From a virus (Duplodnaviria; Caudoviricetes): a stretch of 37,725 nt of DNA. Every line of letters starts with the position of its first letter. Position 1 is the first letter of the stretch. The notes under the pieces were generated by a model. That model worked only from the letters and a program-made list of their open reading frames with translations, searched no databases and was not told the DNA's origin. The stretch is from positions 1 to 37,725 of IMG/VR virus record IMGVR_UViG_3300040734_000006; one strand, 5' to 3'. Position numbers and translations under genes: made by a program. Positions 34,596 to 37,725 of this stretch are shown here, piece by piece.

Positions 34596-34829
34596 ATGAA
34601 ATCCGAAAATACTTTGAGAATGGAAAAATGTCCGCGGTTTCAATCTTGCAGTATTCCCAAGTGTCCGATTGATGAGGATATGAATCAAAGGATTGAATTG
34701 CCGAAAGACCCGATATGCCCATTAAGGCGCAAGGTTGAGGGTAAGCGTCGTGCCAAAGTTGAAGGGAGGTTAGCGGCAAATTGGAGAAAGTTGGCTGAAT
34801 GTATACCGTCAGTCAATTTAAAAAAGTGA
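34596..34829 (+). CDS. Cys-rich hypothetical protein
   Basis: CPRFQSCSIPKCP motif, 77 aa. Confidence 0.55.
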   Translation: MKSENTLRMEKCPRFQSCSIPKCPIDEDMNQRIELPKDPICPLRRKVEGKRRAKVEGRLAANWRKLAECIPSVNLKK

Positions 34830-34987
34830 AGCCGACCCAAACATCAACTTCGGGAGTATAGTTCTATAACCAGCTTATAGAAAAAGTAAAACTATGCAAA
34901 AACGGGTATCGTAGCGTAAACTCCCAAGGCCGTTGTCCGGCCAAACGGGAGGTGCGGGTTTTGGAGGGAGAATAAATAAAAAATCCT

Positions 34988-35557
34988 ATGAAAAATCTTT
35001 ATCCGCCGTATATTGGCGCAAAATTGGGAGATGTTAGTCAGGGTTTTTGGGCGCAACAAATCCAAGGCGGCTACCACCAAGGCGTGGATTTTTCCCCCGC
35101 CAACGGCTATGGCAAGTTCTTGCTGGCGCCGGAGTTGTGCCGAGTGGAACGGATAATCACGGACGATACTTTGGATAACGATTTTTATCCGAAATTGGAA
35201 CGCGGTTATGGGATTATTTTGACTTCGTTGATTAACACAAACATCAAGTATTTGTATTGGCATTGCCAGCAGTGTTTTCCCGTGAAGGCCGGGGACATTG
35301 TGGAGGGGGGGAAACCAGTAGGTTGTTTGGGAAATTCGGGATTATGCTACGCCAATGGTAAATATGTTGCTTTGCGGGATCGAGCCAGCGGTAAAGGAGC
35401 GCATTTGCATTATGAACGCAGGGATGCGCGGCAAGATCCGGATTTAACCAATCCCGTGGATTTTATCGATTTTGCCAAGCCGGTGAAGCTTGATATTTTG
35501 CGGGCGGTGCAACAACAAATTATCGCAATTCAGAATTTAATCCTTAATCGAAAATAA
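34988..35557 (+). CDS. M23-family peptidase (probable endolysin)
   Basis: HQGVD (HxxxD), YWH, GNSG, GAHLHYE (HxH). Confidence 0.85.
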   Translation: MKNLYPPYIGAKLGDVSQGFWAQQIQGGYHQGVDFSPANGYGKFLLAPELCRVERIITDDTLDNDFYPKLERGYGIILTSLINTNIKYLYWHCQQCFPVKAGDIVEGGKPVGCLGNSGLCYANGKYVALRDRASGKGAHLHYERRDARQDPDLTNPVDFIDFAKPVKLDILRAVQQQIIAIQNLILNRK

Positions 35558-35559
35558 CA

Positions 35560-35736
35560 ATGGACCAAATTTTACAATTTCTTTTGTATCTCGGCCGGTG
35601 GCAGTTGAGCACATTGACGCTGTGGCCGTGTATGGAATTGTTCAAGAAGCTGCCGACATTTTGGCGCGTGGTGCTGGGCAATCTGATCGGCAGTTGTATA
35701 TTTTTTTGGGTGGATATGTTAATTTTTAGAAAATGA
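35560..35736 (+). CDS. 58-aa two-TM membrane protein
   Basis: MDQILQFLLYLGRWQLSTLTLWP...LGNLIGSCIFFWVDMLIFRK*, ATGA-coupled to next gene. Confidence 0.65.
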   Translation: MDQILQFLLYLGRWQLSTLTLWPCMELFKKLPTFWRVVLGNLIGSCIFFWVDMLIFRK

Positions 35737-36098
35737 AAACAGAAATTAATCAAGGTGCAACAAGATTGAGCAAGCCCGCGAGAAATGAAAAAGGGCAACT
35801 TTTGCCTGGAAATTCAGGCAATCCAAAAGGCAGAACGCCGGACACGCCCGAGCAAAAATTGAAAAAAGAAATTGCGAAAAAAATGAAAGAAGAATACGCG
35901 CAAGAATATCTTGGTAGGTTGGCGGAAGCGTTGCCGGAGATCGCGCCTATTTTAATAGCTAAGGCGGTTGGCGGGGATATGCAAGCAATCAAGGAGATCA
36001 ACGATAGGGTTATCGGCAAGCCCAGCGACCCGAATCAAGGCGGCAATGTTGTCGCTGTCCAAGTTAATGTTGGCGACGACCGCCAAAAATACGAATGA
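35733..36098 (+). CDS. terminase small subunit-like (DUF5681-type motif)
   Basis: GQLLPGNSGNPKGR, AVGGDMQAIKEINDRVIGKP; coupled to TerL. Confidence 0.7.
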   Translation: MKTEINQGATRLSKPARNEKGQLLPGNSGNPKGRTPDTPEQKLKKEIAKKMKEEYAQEYLGRLAEALPEIAPILIAKAVGGDMQAIKEINDRVIGKPSDPNQGGNVVAVQVNVGDDRQKYE

Positions 36099-37672
36099 GA
36101 TACAAAGCGTTCATCGAGGATTATTTTTTAATTGACGAACCCAAGACCGGCAAGCTGGTGCCGTTCAAGTTCAACAAGGTGCAAGAGATGTATTACGGCG
36201 AGCTTTGCGAATTGGGATTGGAGGAGAAAGGAATATCCGCGCCCTTGCGCGAGTTTATCGTCAAGGCAAGGCGCGAGGGGTTTAGTTCGTTTGTGCTGGC
36301 GTTGTTTGCCGCCGATGACATATTGCAAAAGAACCCGACCGAATCGATGGCGGTGAGCTACAAAGATGACGCGACCGCGACATTCCGCAAAAGATACCGG
36401 CGTTATATCCTTTCCTATTTCGCGCGCAAGAGCGGGCTGGATGTGAGCGACATTCAGATCGACAGTAATGTTTTAGAAAAATACGCCAAGCAAGCGTTCG
36501 TCGTGGACGCGACCGATTTGGTATTAAGGCACAATGGGGCGCACTTCTATTGCGGGACGGCGGCGGCAAGGACGGGCGGGCGCGGCGGCGTGTTGCAGAA
36601 GTTGCTATTCAGCGAGGCGGCGCATTATCAGGACACGGAAAAGATGACGGCAATGGAAATCATCGAAGGCACGGCGCAACAGGTCGACAAAAACAGCGGC
36701 TGGATATTCCAAGAATCGACCGGCAACGGACAGGGCAATTACTTTTACAAAACATACGAGGCCATCAGCAAGGGATTGTCGCGCTACACTTTGCGCTTTT
36801 ACGGCTGGCGCAGTTTTTACAACGAGGAGCAGTTTATGGTGATCGCCAGCGAGTTTACCGACCCGGATATGGTCAAGCAGGAATACCCCGAAACTGTTGA
36901 GGAAGCGTTTTTGGCCAGTTCGATGCTGTTTATCAACAGCCGGCAGATTTATGAAATGGTGGATTGCGATGCCAACAAACAACTTTATTCTTTTTTGGAG
37001 TTTGACGGGGTGAATTATATCGACCAGTGCGAAACGATCAAGGATTTTTTGGTGACGCTGGAAAAGACAAACCCCAACCGCCGCTTTTATGTGGGCATTG
37101 ATTGCGCCCGCGATGTTGACCGGACGGTAATCACGATTATCAAAGAAAAAGAGCTGGCGGCGCAGGGTGGAGTGCGGGGGATCGCCATTGACGCCACCGG
37201 CGCGGGTGATTTTATGCCTGATTGGTTTGAGCGCAATTCAAAGTGGTTTGTGCATCGCGTGAAATTCAGCCGGTCAAGCAAGAATGTGATGTATAAAAAC
37301 TTGCAAGCGGTGATCGTGGGCAAGCGCACCGAATTGCCGCTGTTTATTGTGCGAAAACAATTTGTATCTGATGAGTGGAAACACTTTTTCAGCCAAATAA
37401 CCAGCTTGCAAAAAGAGATTATCGGCGAAATGCTGGTGATCAGCCACCCGAAAGGAAATTGCACCTCCAAGAGCCACAATTACGATAATTGTTCATACCA
37501 CGATGATTATCCCGATTCGTGGGCGCTGGCCGAGCTGGTGTTCGTGGTGGTTAATGGCGTGCCTTTGGGAAGCCGTCCGCCCGAGGAGAACAGCAATTTT
37601 GACACCGCCGTGCGAAGATTGCTTAATAAAACTAACGCCTATGTTTCAAGAGGAGGAGATGAATACAACTGA
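36095..37672 (+). CDS. terL: terminase large subunit
   Basis: KARREGFSS Walker A, LLFSEAAH Walker B, EST coupling motif, GID/IDATG/HDDYPDS nuclease acidic residues. Confidence 0.92.
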   Translation: MRYKAFIEDYFLIDEPKTGKLVPFKFNKVQEMYYGELCELGLEEKGISAPLREFIVKARREGFSSFVLALFAADDILQKNPTESMAVSYKDDATATFRKRYRRYILSYFARKSGLDVSDIQIDSNVLEKYAKQAFVVDATDLVLRHNGAHFYCGTAAARTGGRGGVLQKLLFSEAAHYQDTEKMTAMEIIEGTAQQVDKNSGWIFQESTGNGQGNYFYKTYEAISKGLSRYTLRFYGWRSFYNEEQFMVIASEFTDPDMVKQEYPETVEEAFLASSMLFINSRQIYEMVDCDANKQLYSFLEFDGVNYIDQCETIKDFLVTLEKTNPNRRFYVGIDCARDVDRTVITIIKEKELAAQGGVRGIAIDATGAGDFMPDWFERNSKWFVHRVKFSRSSKNVMYKNLQAVIVGKRTELPLFIVRKQFVSDEWKHFFSQITSLQKEIIGEMLVISHPKGNCTSKSHNYDNCSYHDDYPDSWALAELVFVVVNGVPLGSRPPEENSNFDTAVRRLLNKTNAYVSRGGDEYN

Positions 37673-37725
37673 TTTTCGGTTTTTGACCGAGGCTGAGAAA
37701 ATGGTGATTTACCGGATGCGCTGTT
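37671..37725. repeat. 55-bp terminal overlap, copy 2
   Basis: identical to 1-55. Confidence 0.97.

Noticed and set aside
37671-37725. 55-bp end repeat as a biological direct terminal repeat or att site
   Set aside because: Length equals a common assembler k-mer and it falls mid-ORF; best read as circularisation overlap
1-37725. Alternative genetic code (TGA or TAG reassignment)
   Set aside because: Conserved enzymes are full length in code 11, and TGA and TAG terminate genes at coupled junctions

Overview
The window is a complete circular dsDNA phage genome of 37,670 bp: bases 1-55 are repeated exactly at 37671-37725, which is an assembly overlap. Almost all genes lie on the + strand. Gene order is portal, scaffold, major capsid, an ~8.2 kb glycan block (four glycosyltransferases, GNAT acyltransferase, SAM methyltransferase, Gmd, DegT/Per aminotransferase, RmlA-like transferase, SDR epimerase), podovirus-type tail adaptor/nozzle, C1q-domain protein and ejection proteins. 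Then come an island of small membrane peptides, collagen-like and signal-peptide-bearing fibre-like proteins (one apparently split by an HNH gene), holin-like genes, an early region (Sak4-like ATPase, PD-(D/E)XK nuclease, SSB, replication initiator with iterons), an M23 peptidase, TerS and TerL. I recognise no integrase, CI-type repressor, DNA polymerase, tape measure, tRNA or CRISPR. A-rich, mostly SD-less starts hint at a Patescibacteria (CPR)-like host (inference only). Most notable: (i) a self-contained nucleotide-sugar and glycosylation pathway inside the virion operon; (ii) two copies of a covarying antiterminator/terminator RNA gating the head and tail operons, plus several other structured leaders; (iii) fibre-like proteins with Sec-type signal peptides; (iv) a TerL nuclease domain with apparently swapped segments. 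All family calls come from motif reading, not database searches.
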